This document shows positions 27,743-41,900 of a stretch of 64,000 bases of DNA, piece by piece; the first letter of the stretch is position 1; each line of letters starts with the position of its first letter. The position numbers were made by a program, and so were the translations under genes. A model generated the notes under the pieces. The model was not told the origin of the DNA. It ran no database searches and saw only the letters and a program-made list of their open reading frames with translations. This DNA comes from Paramecium tetraurelia (Eukaryota): the NCBI GenBank assembly GCA_000165425.1, contig CT868649.1, positions 1-64,000 of the forward strand, in the 5' to 3' direction.

Positions 27743-29321
27743 TCATAAATATTTGCTTAATCCAAATTAATCTTTAAGGCTCAAGTATTCATTTCTTATG
27801 TTGACTCCAATTTGTCCAATTGCATTTTATGTACCATTATAAAGTGCACAATTATCAAAGACCAATAACATGTCTGCATGAAATTCTCTGCAAGATTTGT
27901 AAGCATTTACATTCAATTTATTCTGAATATAAGTTGATTATTACTTTTATTGTTCCGAAATCCATGGGTCTTTTAACAATTTCAAAATAATCACTAATAT
28001 GATATTCTTTTTGATCAACTGGTTTATGGAAGAAGTATGCGCCTTTTGACTTCCATATTTAAGCTAATTATTTAATACAGTTGTACATACCAATTAATCT
28101 TTTGGCTAATTTCTCCCAAGTTTCATCTTCTTTGCATTAATTAATCATATTTTCATCAATGATATCATCAGCATTTAAAATCAATTGAGCAATTTCTGGA
28201 TATTATCTTTGGAACCTTGAAAAATCTTCATTTGTTAATTCTCTTTATTATCCTGTATCATCAGTATGTAAAATTTTGTATTATTATTTTGGTACATCTT
28301 TTTGTTTTTTTTTAATTTGCTTTTATTATTCAGTAACTTTGACAACTTCCTCCTTTTTTTAGTGAACATCTTCCTTTTGTTTTGTCATGCTTGCAGTAAT
28401 TAAGTCTATCACCTCCTTTTTCTAAGATTACTTTGCAAAATAAAGCGCAGTTTTTTTTTTATTATCTTAATGATTAACTGGACATCCAGCCTAAGATCAG
28501 ATGCTAATCTTACCTCTATCAATAATCTACAAGCTTCAAAGTGTCCTTTGCTTGCCGCATAAAATAAAGCTGTTTGACAAGATAATGTATCCAAATGAGC
28601 CACATCAGCACCCAATCTTATAAATCTATATAGGTTTTTTCTTATATTTACTTTTAAATTATATCAACCCTGTTTTCTCTTGATGCATAAAACAATGGAG
28701 TTTATCCATAGGAATCAGGATCCGATATATTTATTCCTTAGGATATCAAATAATCAAACAATTTAGTTTTACCATCTCTGCAAACATAAAATATGATTGA
28801 TTATTTTAGATTATCTTTATAGTTAACATTTGCCCCCAACTCACATAATAGTTTTAGTAATTGTAATGAAACTTCCTCATCTGACCCTTAAATTGCGATA
28901 AACGTAGATATTTATCTTGTTTATGGATCTATTCTGTTTACTAAATCTACTTCTTTTTAATATTTATCTAGGATTAAATATGTTATTGCATACTTAAGAT
29001 ATGCTTTACTTTTTCAATGTGTTATAAATGTAAAGCTTACTTAAATTCTCCTTGAATTGCATAAATTTATTCAGATGTCAATTTTTCAATAGGGATTTCT
29101 TATTCAACAGGTTGAAGTAATTATTGGAACTAATTAATGTCTATATAGTTAATCATCTCACCTATTTCAGATTTGATTTAAGAGACTATTGACTGTATTT
29201 ATGAGTCATTATAATTTAAACTTCGCAATATGTTTTCAACCTAGATTGAATTTACTCTATCATTATTTGCCTCCATTCTAAATCTGGTTAGAGCAGTTTA
29301 TAGATAATTTTATGAAATCAT
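27743..29321 (-). CDS. Ankyrin-repeat plus bromodomain protein
   Basis: Ankyrin motifs (QTPLFYAS, QTALFYAASKGH); bromodomain AYFFHKPVD...DYFEIVKRPMDFGTI...FDNCALYNG. Confidence 0.9.
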
Positions 29322-29475
29322 AATTATTAAATTAAATAATAAATGAAATTCTCAGAAAAATCAACTTAAATTACAAGTATTTGATGCTTAACATTGTACA
29401 AAATTTGTTGCTCTTCCAATCGATATAAAAATATAGAAATTAAATATATATTTGTTTTTCAATAGATTATACTAA

Positions 29476-29987
<512 letters not shown>

Positions 29988-31020
29988 AAATTGTTGAAAT
30001 TATATTTATATTAATATTTAATATTTGTATGATAAATAATATTTATACTCATATTCAATGAACATATTCAATAATTAAATCAAATGTCGTCAGGATTGTT
30101 GCGTTCAAGAATTAAATATGTTAATACTATCAGAAATGATTGATTTCATTGTGAATATTTGAAAAATAGTTAATTTCATTTTAAATGTTCTTCTACTCTA
30201 AGAAGTGAGTTTGATGTAATTTATTATTGTTTAACCTATTGCGACCATAAATTAAGATATATTATCCCCCTTATAGAGGATAATCATTTAAATAAAATAC
30301 CTAGTTTCAAAAGAAAATTATAATATATTATATTCAATTTTAGGAGATTCTAAATAATATAGGTGGGCAAACAGTTCAAATTAGAAAGGTGATTATTTTA
30401 AATTTCATTTTAAACAAGTCTATTTTCAATATCATATATTTTGGAGTTTTAATTAACTCCAAAGATTATAAGAAAAAATAATTTAATTAGTTTAATATTA
30501 TAAACTCAACTAATATCTACTCTAGCATTTTTTATGTTGGATATTTTATAAAACAATAATTTTACCTTACAATTTATGAATCAACCAAAAAAGTTATATA
30601 ATATATATTGAAATTATTAAGAATATATATTCCCAATATCAAAATTATATTGAGTGTCTCATTCTTTTTATATTATTTATCATTTTTCTAATCAAATTCT
30701 TCATATTTTTAAAAGTATAATTCTGTGTGTAATTATGGTTAAATATATCAAATAGCAAATAAAATGCATATAATGTTGGGTTATTTCTTTCCACATAGTT
30801 TTCTAACTGAAAATATAAAATTTCATTGTAATCCTATTACTCACCTCTAGCGATTACACTCAAAGAATAATCCTATACTACCTTTATTGAAATACAATAA
30901 ATTATGATAATAAAAGATTAAAAATTTGAAAAAAGCTGAGAAATTAAGCCTTCAGTTTTATAATATTTAGGATATATGACTTAAAATATAATATATTAAT
31001 AAATTTATTAGTAAATTAAA

Positions 31021-32714
31021 ATGTTCAATAATTAAATGTAACAACCAAACCCATAATATGGGCCTATGACAACTTAGTTTCCTTAAAATTAAAATAGAAA
31101 TCCTTAATAGCCTTCTTTAGCCCCAAATTAGAAATAAATCTACCCATAGATGGTATTATTGTTGACTTATAAAATTTAAATAGATCCCTCCTTAATAACC
31201 TTAAACCGTTCCTTAAATGCCAAATAACATTCCTCCTCAACCTATGAATTAATCTCAGTAATAAATTAGGCCTAATGTCATTTCAAATAGAATCATACCA
31301 CAACAAGTAAAATATCCTGATCTTATGCTGCTAGGAACCTCTTAGATCAATTAGAAATTAGGTGTAACCATTTTAATAGTCCCCATAATAATTTATTAAT
31401 AATGATATCCCATAGTCGATTAGAAACTAAAATACTTAATCCCCTTAAGGTCCAGCATCGCAAAAAAGCAATGTCAACCTTTCTGGATAAAAACCTGCAT
31501 TTGTTGAGTATTTCCCACCAGTCTATGTTCCTCATATTGAGCCAATGATTACATAAACAGTGGTTGACAATCCCATTAAAGTGGTGGACTTAAACAAATT
31601 TGAAGAAATGTGGCAGAAGCGAATGCAAGGAATCGAAGAATTATTAGCAGCAAAACAATAACCTGTAGAACCTGAACCATTAGAATTAAGGGCAGTGTAA
31701 AATGATGATAGTGAAAGAGTGATAGAGCTAGAAAATGAGCTGTTTAGAACAAAATCATAATTAGACGATCGTGATAAAGAAATCATGGATCTGAAATCTT
31801 AGCTGTAATCTGCAATTGAACAATTGGATTTCGAAAATTGTAATTACATAATCTATAAATTTAGAATAAAGTAAGAACTAAGCTTCAAAGTTAATATCTG
31901 AATTATAAACGAAAATAAGTAATCTTTAGTCAACAATAGTCAATCTTTAACTTGAACTCAAGCAATCTGATTAAAATTTGGAAAAATGTAAAATAGACAA
32001 TTTGTAATTGAAAAATGATGTCTAAAATTATAATATGTAATGCTAAATAAAGGATGAGACAATCCAGAAATTGAACCAGTAAATAAAATAATTAAATTTG
32101 GAACTATGTATATTATTTAATTTAATAATTTTTAGAACAAAGTAGGAATGGATCTTCTGCTCAAACAACTGAACTATCAATGCAAATAAACACACTCTAA
32201 TAAACCATTTCTAATTTAAAAAATGATTTGTTATTGAATTCTTAATTAATTGAAAAATTACAAAGAGAAAATGGATAATTAAGATCTGACATCTAAAGTT
32301 ATATTGATAAATGCAATGATAAGGATGAATATATTGCAAAATTGGAGTAAGAAATATCCGAATTAAACTAACATGTAGATTCATTGACTGAAGAAATCAC
32401 AACAACTCAATCAATAAAAACCTTTGAAGAGGAAGCAAAAATTTGGAAGAAAAAGTTCAAAGAGCTGAATGATATTTATCATGCATGCTAGGAGAAACTT
32501 ATGGTAAAGGAAGCAGAATATGAATCATTATAGAAATAATAAAGTTCATAAAGAATAGTGACATAAACTACAGTAGTCAAATCAAATAGTTCCAGATAAG
32601 TTAAGAATGTAATATTTAACAATATCATTTTAGGATTCTGATTACATTTCAAGCAGTCTAACTTAAAATGATATTGAAAAATTGCAAAATTTGTAAAAAC
32701 CATTATAATTGTGA
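31021..32714 (+). CDS. Q/P-rich N-terminus plus long coiled-coil protein
   Basis: Continuous frame after three introns; heptad-rich C-terminal half. Confidence 0.8.
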
Positions 32715-32874
32715 CATTAAACAAACATATGCCTTATAATAAATTTATCCTTATTATTTGTTAATGTTTCTTTATCATTCAGAATACTACTCTTTCTTTT
32801 ATATTATAAATTTTCCATTCTATTAGAATTAAAATGAACCAATACAATATTATTAGATGATATATATATATATC

Positions 32875-33645
32875 TCACAATGCTTTTAGTTTGGCATCTA
32901 GATCGTCCAAATTCTCTTGAGGGTTTACTTATTATTACTATTGTTGTTGCTGCATAGGTTATATCAGGTTATTCTATTTAAGTCCTCCACCGCCATTGCC
33001 AGCTCCAGCAATTTTGGCTTCCACTTCTTATATGTACTTGTCAGCATTTTCATCATTATACTCATCCTGGTCCTCATTCATGATTTCGCCAATTTACTCT
33101 ATAGAATAATATTGATCTAATTCATACCTTGTAAGAAATTCTGTTTTTCGCTCTCTATCGAAAATATCTCGATAGCCTATTAAACATTCTTGACATCTAT
33201 GGCTGAATTTGCCTACTTCATCATCTTTGACATTCCTGACATCACTTATACTAATGTTTCTGTGGTTGCTGCTGAGTTTAATCTTTATAAATATTTAATG
33301 CTAAATAAATACTGGAACATGACATCATTCATTTAGGCGTCTAGTCTCTAATATTTTTGAACATATTGCTAATTTCTTAATATAGCTGCTGCTAACATTC
33401 TTTACGTAGCCTAATATGATAATTATAATCGACTACCTTAGGTTCTTTTGCTTTAACTGATTTCTCTAAATCAGTCTTAAGCTTCTTGCTTTACATTTCC
33501 ATTCTCATAATCTCTCTATTAAATTCCCTTTACAATTTTCTAATTGTTCTTGAGAATTCTTTAACCATTTCTAATAAATAGAAAGAAAATTGATACCTTT
33601 AACAGTCTTGGGTGGTTGAGGAGGAGGAGGTGGTTTATTGCCCAT
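32875..33645 (-). CDS. ESCRT-III subunit (Vps2/Vps24-like, Snf7 family)
   Basis: RTIRKLQREFNREI, acidic region, C-terminal MIM1-like DDLDAKLKAL. Confidence 0.88.
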
Positions 33646-34229
33646 TTAAAATTCGTATAAAAAATAATGAAGATTTTATGATTATTGTTTATGTTATATA
33701 TTCTGTAAATATACATTAATTATTAAATTTAATATGGAAATCCTAATTAATTTATAGAATATTTTCATTTATTTGATACTAGTATTAATAAGGAGTCGAA
33801 ATCAAATCCTATTCAAATTTAATCAAGCGACATCCTCCTAAATACTGGTTAAGTTAATTACAATAATAATCAGTAACAATTTTCTTGTTATAACCCATAC
33901 AAAGTATTTCTAGGTACCAAAATTGATTCAAATTCTAAAAGTTGAATACTTATCCTCAATTTTATTATCTATTTCATCATAATCCACTATTAAAGAAAGA
34001 ATTTCTTTATATAATCGCTTAAGTTGAGTATAGTTTTAAGATCAGCCAAGAAATTTAAACAATCAAGATAGTTAAAGTGCTGAAATAAACTAAATTTAGT
34101 GCTATTATCCAGGGGTAAGTAGAATCATGTGACAATAAATTGAAACTGAATTTAAATCAAATGTCAACTGATATAAGTCTATAAATCAAAAATTCTATTT
34201 AATAGATGTTATAGCAACGAGTTAACAAT

Positions 34230-34565
34230 TCATATTTAATTCTCATCAAAGAATTATCTAAGTCTTGATAATAGGTCCTCCTTTACTTTATTAGGAATTG
34301 TGGCTTAACCTCTAACATATAACATATCTGTCAATTCTTCAATTGTTATTTTCTCGAGTCCTTTTTATCTTATGACTTCTTTACAGTAATCCTTTAGATC
34401 ATCCCTCCATCTACATTCAATCAGTTTTTATCTCAGATATTCTTCCAATCTAAAACTATTACATTTTGATTACCTGGAATCTTCACCTGATTCTCTGAGT
34501 TTTTAAGCCAACAAATTAGTTCTTTGATTGATAAAGTCACCAGCCAATCTTGACTATTGATTCAT
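34230..34565 (-). CDS. ENY2: Transcription and mRNA export factor ENY2/Sus1
   Basis: [33 protein letters not shown]...ATIPNKVKEDLLSRLRQF. Confidence 0.93.
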
Positions 34566-34588
34566 AATAAATAATAATTTATAATAAA

Positions 34589-35200
34589 ATGAATTCTGTA
34601 CTTAAGGGAGAATAACCATTTTTTGATTAACAGCGAAGATCAACTATAAGTCCAGAAAATGGGAAACAAATTTAAAATATACTTCATCGCAAAATCAATT
34701 ATTCTCAGACTGATTTGATAACTCCTATTGCAATTAAACAAAGTCATAAAAAATAAGCGATTAGTCAAGGATTGCAATAATTGCTTAAATCTAGTCCTTA
34801 TAGCAAATTAGTCTCCTAAAAGTCATAACAATAATTACAGTATTAAGATAGTTTTTCTTAATTACATCTAAATGGTTATACTCCCAATTAACAATAATCT
34901 TAGTTATTGTTTAAACCGGAAGTCAGAACACCCTCTTTAAATTCTACGAATTCAAGTAGTATAAAACCTAGAATGAGGAACCAAGCAAGAGATTCTTTGT
35001 AAAAAAAATCATTTGATTCTCAAAATGCCATTTCTTATAGAGATAAAGATAAGTAAACCATTTCTTAACTTTAAACCATCATATAGAAAACCTCTGTAGT
35101 ATTATAATCCTACAAAGAGGAACTATAAAAAAATATTTAAGAGAAATAGGATTTATTAAGGTAAATCCAGACCTTAGAATAAAATAAGACAAAAAAATGA
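34589..35200 (+). CDS. Hypothetical low-complexity/coiled-coil protein (203 aa)
   Basis: Uninterrupted ATG-to-TGA frame. Confidence 0.7.
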
Positions 35201-35441
35201 ATAAAATGATTAAAAATTTATTAATTTATTTTCTGTTTCTCCAGAAATATAAATGAATTTTTGAATTAATATACAAATTTACCGTTTTAACCTTAAATGC
35301 ATGTATATTATATAAAAAAAGAATTTAATTCCAAAGAAATCAATTTTATCTTGCATTTAAACATTTAAACTAAACAACCAACTCCTTTTCAAAACATTTT
35401 ATCATATATAGATAGGTTAAAATAATATAGAGTATAAATAG

Positions 35442-36099
35442 TCATTCTTCTACTTCATATGAAGTTAAAATTTGTAAGGAATTTTCTAAAATTGAGCTGT
35501 CTTAACGACGGATTTCCTGAAAATAAGAGTCCATTTTAGTTTTCGCATTTTCTGGGTCGATTGCTTAAGTGCAATCTCTTAAGACATTTACTTTGTATCC
35601 TAATTTGATGGCATCCAAGGCTGTGAACAGAACACAATAGTCAAATGATAATCCTCCAACATATATAGTGTTCACTTTTAAGGTTTTAAGCTAAAATATT
35701 ATGAATGATTAGTACAATTTCATGTAAATTAGTCTTATCTTCTTTGCATCCAAATCCACTATAGCTATCGTACTTTGAGTTTTTGCCTTTAAGTATAAAG
35801 TGATCCCCATTTCTGATTTGAATGTCTTTGTGTAATTAGGCTCCATAAGAATTTTGGACACAATGAACTGGCCAAAGATTCAATTATTCGAGCTAAGACA
35901 GTTATTTATAATTAGGGTGATTGGTTTTGAAAGAAATATGATTCTTAGGGTGCCAATCTTAGGTGAAAATCACGTTTTTGAAGTGTTTTCTAACTTTGTT
36001 TATCTAAGGAATGATCTTAGAGGCATTTTGCACAGAAAGTGATCCTCCTTCACAAAAATCATTTTAAACATCAACGATGATGAGTGCAGAATTTTCCAT
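35442..36099 (-). CDS. PNC1: Nicotinamidase/pyrazinamidase (isochorismatase family)
   Basis: ALIIVDVQNDFCEGGSL, TQDWHP, WPVHCVQ, DSYSGF, GLSFDYCV. Confidence 0.93.
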
Positions 36100-36760
36100 T
36101 TTAATATTTCTATAACTATTGTAAATAATTTTATTAATATTCCAATTTTAAAAAATGCAAAAACCTAAATACAGCATTTTTGTCTATTAGTTAGATACCA
36201 GAATTAATTATTATGTCATTCTATTTTTGTTTTAATCAGAAAAATTATAAATAATATATATTATACTGATAATAGTCCCTAAGTATATAATTAATAATAC
36301 AGTATAAAATAATATTTAAAAACCAAACCGTAATTAAGAATTACTTTTAAATATTTGTTTTTCCTAAGTATTATAATATGTTGGAGGTTATGAGTTTAAG
36401 AATAAAGATATATTCTTATTCCAACTCAAAATTTTACGTAATATACAACATATAGTACACGAATACAACTATTTTTCTTATAAACCAAGTAATTGCTATT
36501 TTCACCCTTCAAATCCCTTTAAATACATTAAAATTGGACTTACTTATAAACTAATTACATTCAAATAGGCTTATATAGATCGTAATTGTAATGGTTTCCA
36601 AAGGTTAATCTCTTCCAATATTACATATAAATCGGTCCAAAAATTGGAATTGTTCATTGAAATTATTTATTTCCTCAAGGTACTGCGTTCCATAGTTGAA
36701 AATATTCAAGAATATGGTACAAAGCAGTTAGTTATTAATTAAGTATAATTATTATAATTA

Positions 36761-37172
36761 ATGCAAATTCCAAATTACGATAGGGATTCGGTATGTTCAT
36801 TTTTTAAGAAGCTTACAGGAGATATATAATTTTATCTGGATGAAATGAAATCTGACTTTGCCAAAAACCCTCCATAAACAAATATAAAGGACAGGGTGCT
36901 TGTAATAATGGTTTCTTAATTAGCTATGGAAAGATAAATATTAATAATCACTCAATCAATGCATAATGACTTATATTATGAAAACAGAGTAAGTTGATGT
37001 GTCACAATTCTAATTTAAAGAGTTCTTAGATAGAGTGACAGACGAGTATTAAAATGATCAAGAATTTATGGATTTATTAAAGCAGTGCAATTAAAGCATA
37101 GAAAATCTTAAAGATTTCATAAGAACAAACTTAGCGAAAGATCCTTCCATTTATGTAATAAAGGATATTTGA
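36761..37172 (+). CDS. Hypothetical protein (129 aa)
   Basis: Open frame with one 22-nt intron. Confidence 0.65.
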
Positions 37173-37273
37173 TTTTAATTTCTATTTAAGATGGAAATAT
37201 GAATGATAATTAACTATTAGAGGGAATATTTAATGGAAATTAATATTTTATAATTTATTAACCATTATGTAAG

Positions 37274-39153
37274 TCACAATGATTCTAAAGCACTTTTTGC
37301 TTAGTATTTGACTTCAGCATCTTAATCATCACTAAGAGTTTATAGAATTTTTTTCATAGGATCAACAACGTTACCTCCCTTTTCTTTAGCCAATTATATG
37401 GATGTTCTACAAACGTTGCTTCTGATATTGGCAACTGAATCTTTAGCCATAGCTTATAAAATGGGGACGATAGTTTTTATAATGTAATCATTGTTTAATT
37501 AAGAAGTAATTTGCTATAATAAAATAAGTTCAATACATTGATTGTGAATAAAACAGTTATTCGATGAAGATAGTTTTAAATTGATTAAAATGCCCATATT
37601 TTTGTTAATAGGTTTTTGTCTGCCCAAGCCAATCCAAGAATAGAAATCAATTAGGCTGTCTATTGGATTGCTGTTTATCTAACTGAAAAGACCTTGTCAC
37701 CCATCCAATCTAATAGCAATTTCAGAACTTTATCAGATAGGAATTCTGGTCCAATAGCTCTTGCGAAGAAACTCAAAACTTCGATAGTTGAAGCCCTTAT
37801 TCTCCAATTCTTATCTTGTGCTAATTCTGTCAATGCTGGGATAACACTTTGGGATAAAGAATCGACACCCAACACATTTGTGATAAGACTTAATTTCTTA
37901 AAGAGGGTTATTCTGACTTCTGAATCTTAGTCTTTCAGTAAGGTCAAAAAGATTGGTAAAATCTGTTCACTTGTATTCTTCTTACCGATAATTGGACATA
38001 ATGCCAAGACTGAGGAGGCTAGAGCGTCTTTAAGTTTAATTATCGAATAGGTTACTTCTAACAAATGCATTTGCGTCAGACTGTATGGTTTTCAAAAGAG
38101 GAATTAATTTATTTAGAATATCTTCTGGATCCATTAGACCACTGACTCTTTCAATTTTCAATGCTGCAATTGATTTCATTTCAGGTTCAGCATCTTAAAG
38201 GAACTTGAGATGGTAATTTTAGAAATTCTTTCTATAACCTTCTTTAGTTACAGCTTCACCTATCTTTATTATATTCAATATTCTTACTTCAGCCAATTTA
38301 TCACAAAAGTAGAATCTGACTCTCCATGATTGATCTTCAGCCAGTTATTTAAACATATTAAGAACAAGGTTTTGTTATTTTTGGAAGAAAGGTGTTTTAC
38401 TCGATTGTATTAATGCATCTACAATGTACATTCTAATGAAGTCTTGTTCGTCTTTAATGAAGGAATTCAATATGTTTTGGATGAAGGTTTCGTTTATCAA
38501 TGGGAAATGTTTAACCAAATCCTAAATTTTGAAAAAATTAATACTTGAAAATACATGGATGTGAATTTTCTAACTTGAGGAATTTGATCCTAAGACATTT
38601 TGAGTATGATATTTATTAAGTCGTTCTGATTATTCTATGAAACTTGATTAAAGATTGCTGGAATTAAAATTGCAACTGCATTCTTGGCCATGTAATAATC
38701 GCTATCATTTAATCTCTTTATAATTCCAATCGATAATTCCTCTACTTTCTTTTAGTCTGGAAGTTGAGTTAGACATTTTTTGATTTGATTGGCAGCCTTC
38801 ATAAGTAATTATATTACCTTTTCTCTTACTGAAGCATCTTCCACTCTGCATAAGGCTTCAAATGTAGGCAGTAGAACTTATGCTTAACCTCCTACAAGCT
38901 CTACAAAATTTCTTGATAATGAATCTACTAATTCGATCAATACTTCATCGTCATCATCCAGCAATTCTACATTAGATATTAGCATACCTTAGATGAACGG
39001 AATGAGTTCATTTTTTGTTCTATCTGGACCAATTGTACTAGCAATTAAATCTAAATGCTTGACTGAATGAATCCTTTTTCGTATGTCATCACTTTTTAGT
39101 TCATCAATAATCAAATTTATTGACATTCCAGTCGTATTTTCGATTTTGGGCAT
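37274..39153 (-). CDS. PPP2R1: PP2A scaffold (A) subunit, HEAT repeats
   Basis: LIIDELKSDDIRKRIHS...IGPDRTKNELIPF, LAEDQSWRVR, LAQDKNWRIR. Confidence 0.96.
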
Positions 39154-39220
39154 CTTTTAATTAATTTATTAAATACACTATTTTTTCTTTCGATTTTTAT
39201 TTTAAATATTAACCGTTGAT

Positions 39221-40800
39221 ATGTAATAAGGCTAAGTCAAAGCTATTGGTAATTACAGTTACAACCTCAAGCATTGTTTGGGAGAAGGTGCCTACGGTAA
39301 AGTATACTAAGGACTTGATACAACCAGTAATTTAAAGGTGGCTATCAAAAAACTTGATTTACGTAATTTTGAAAGAGATAATTATCTTAAACAATCAATC
39401 ATATAAGAAATCGAAATTCTAAAGAAATTCAATCATAAAAACATAGTCAAATTTATAGATTTGATTTCCACTCAAAGAAGTCTCTACATCATAACAGAAT
39501 TTTGTAAAGATGGAGACCTAAGAGAAATCATGAGTAGAAAAAAATACAACGAGTAAGATGCTTGGAAAATCATGAAATAAATCATCCAAGGATTCCGTGA
39601 ACTAGTATCCAATGCTATCATTCATAGAGACTTAAAACCAGCAAATATTCTTAGTCATGAAGGAGTATTCAAAATAGCTGACTTTGGATTCGCTAAATAT
39701 GTTGACAATTTTAGTAATCAATTGCTAAGATCATGTGTTGGATCTCCACTCTACATGGCTCCTTAAATTTTAGCAAGAAAACCCTATTCTACCAAATGTG
39801 ATATTTGGTCTCTTGGTGTCATATTTTACGAGATGGTCTTTACTGATGTTCCTTGGAAAGGCAGAGACGAAAGAGATTTATTGAAGAATATTTTAAGTGT
39901 TCCTGTCTCAATCAAAAAAGGATTTCTGACATCCAAATCTGAAGAATTCTTAAGGAAAACATTAACAATTGAAGAAAATGATAGAATATCATGGGAAAAA
40001 GTATTTGAAATGTTTGAAGTTTTCAATCTTCCCTCTGATCAGAGAATTCAAACTTCTCCTAATCTAAATATTAGAGTAAATAATCATTAGAATTCATCAA
40101 ATAATGAAAAGGAAAGAAAGAAATCTATATTCTAAGCTCCATCATAATCACCTATGCATTAAGCATCTGCTCCTGTTTAACCAATTGCAGTCTAACCTTA
40201 AACTCCTTCTATTAAGAATCTAAGAAATGAGATTATTTTTAGGAATTTTGTATTGACAACTGAATTATTCCCAAGATACACATCTAACAAAAATAGCGTT
40301 GTAGAAAAACTTATGATTTGCTTGAGTAAAACTAATATGGCAATGCAAAATAGTTTATATACCTTAGCAAATCAGATCATGGTCCCAGCAATAAAGAAAG
40401 ATCATGATTAGTATGTATAATTTCATTCAGATTTAATTGAAACTTTACAAAGAAACGGGTAATTGCAGCATTGTGATAGAGAATTAGATGTAAATTCAAA
40501 GGATTAGAATTGCACTGATACCGAATGCGATAAGTTAAATATAACCTTAACTACATTAATTAAATAATTATGGTATTAATTTATAGATTATTTAGTTAAG
40601 AAATGCTTGAGGAACACAAGAGAGCTCCTTCTAGACCTATCATGTTATTATTAGAAAATCTAGTGGATATAATTATAATTCACAAAAAAGTCCAAAGATG
40701 TGTGGAGATAGATTATGATTAACTAAATGCTGAGAAGGCTGAAGAGGATGACCCAAGGAAAATCATGGATACTGTTATAGAAAAGCTTAGGCATGCTTGA
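39221..40800 (+). CDS. Ser/Thr protein kinase with C-terminal helical domain
   Basis: GEGAYG, VAIK, HRDLKPAN, DFG, VGSPLYMAPQ. Confidence 0.93.
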
Positions 40801-41100
40801 TTTATTTTTCAATATTTTTTCTACCGATAATCATTGCAGTTATTGTAACTAATTGCTGAAATATTATAATATAACTTTTTTTGTTGTAATTAATTGTAAT
40901 CAAAAATTTACAAATTAATATAATATAACAAATTTTAAATTAAGAATTATTCGTTTTAAGAAGTAATCGATGATTAGAATCCAAAAAACTCCTTTTTATA
41001 GTAATTCATTTTTCTTTTTTATTTTAAACTTATAATTATCACATAATGTCATTCAAGATTTAACTTTATTTACTTTTATTATTAATATAATAAATCCTAG

Positions 41101-41868
41101 ATGGGTAGCAATTGTTCATCCAATTAATAAGTTTCAGAAAGAAGTACAATCATGAGATAAGATTCATTTTTTGATAATGGCAGAATTGCAAAACCTCAAA
41201 TGGATAGTATGATAGGAGCAAGTTAATTGACATAAATGGAAATCCCAAATGCTTAATTGAGATCCCCGACTAAACCTAACATATCCAAACAAAATGAAAT
41301 TAAATCTTTAGTTAGAGTTCCTTCAGAAGAAAGCTTATTTCAAAAAGAATTTATCTAAATTAAAGAAAGCAAAAAATAAACCAATCCTAAGTCTGAAACA
41401 GCTATTCAACCTAAATTACAGATCAATTTGCAAGTTTAAAAATAACGATATCGTTAATAAAACCAATAAGAAAGCCCTAAATTTTAATCATCTACTAAAA
41501 AAAAAAGGTTATAAGAAAAAAGCCAATCTCATTCGCCTCTCTAAAATCAATAGGTTCCAAAGGAGAAATCAAAGAAAAATAGAGAATCTCTAAAAAATTC
41601 TCATAGGCATATCGAGAAAATAGCTCCAAAAAGAAAATACTCTGATTTACCTGAGAAAAAAGATAAAGTTTAATAAGTTAGAAGAAAGATAAGCGATATT
41701 TGCGATGATCATGCATACATTATTGGATTAGATAGTCCTACTAAATTTAGGTCGTTAACTCCAAATTCAATTTTAAAAAGAAAAGAATCGGAAATTGAAA
41801 CCAATTCTCCTCAAAAAAAGTAAGTCAGATTCAAGGATTAAAGATAAAAAAATCTTATTTGTACCTGA
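41101..41868 (+). CDS. Disordered protein with N-acylation signal and PP1-docking-like motifs (255 aa)
   Basis: MGSNCS start; SILKRK and KKQVRF near the C-terminus. Confidence 0.75.
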
Positions 41869-41900
41869 TTCGATAAATATATATATATAGATATTTTAAT

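Noticed and set aside
30000..31020. 1-kb AT-rich spacer as retained IES or transposon
   Set aside because: No convincing TA-bounded inverted ends or transposase signature seen
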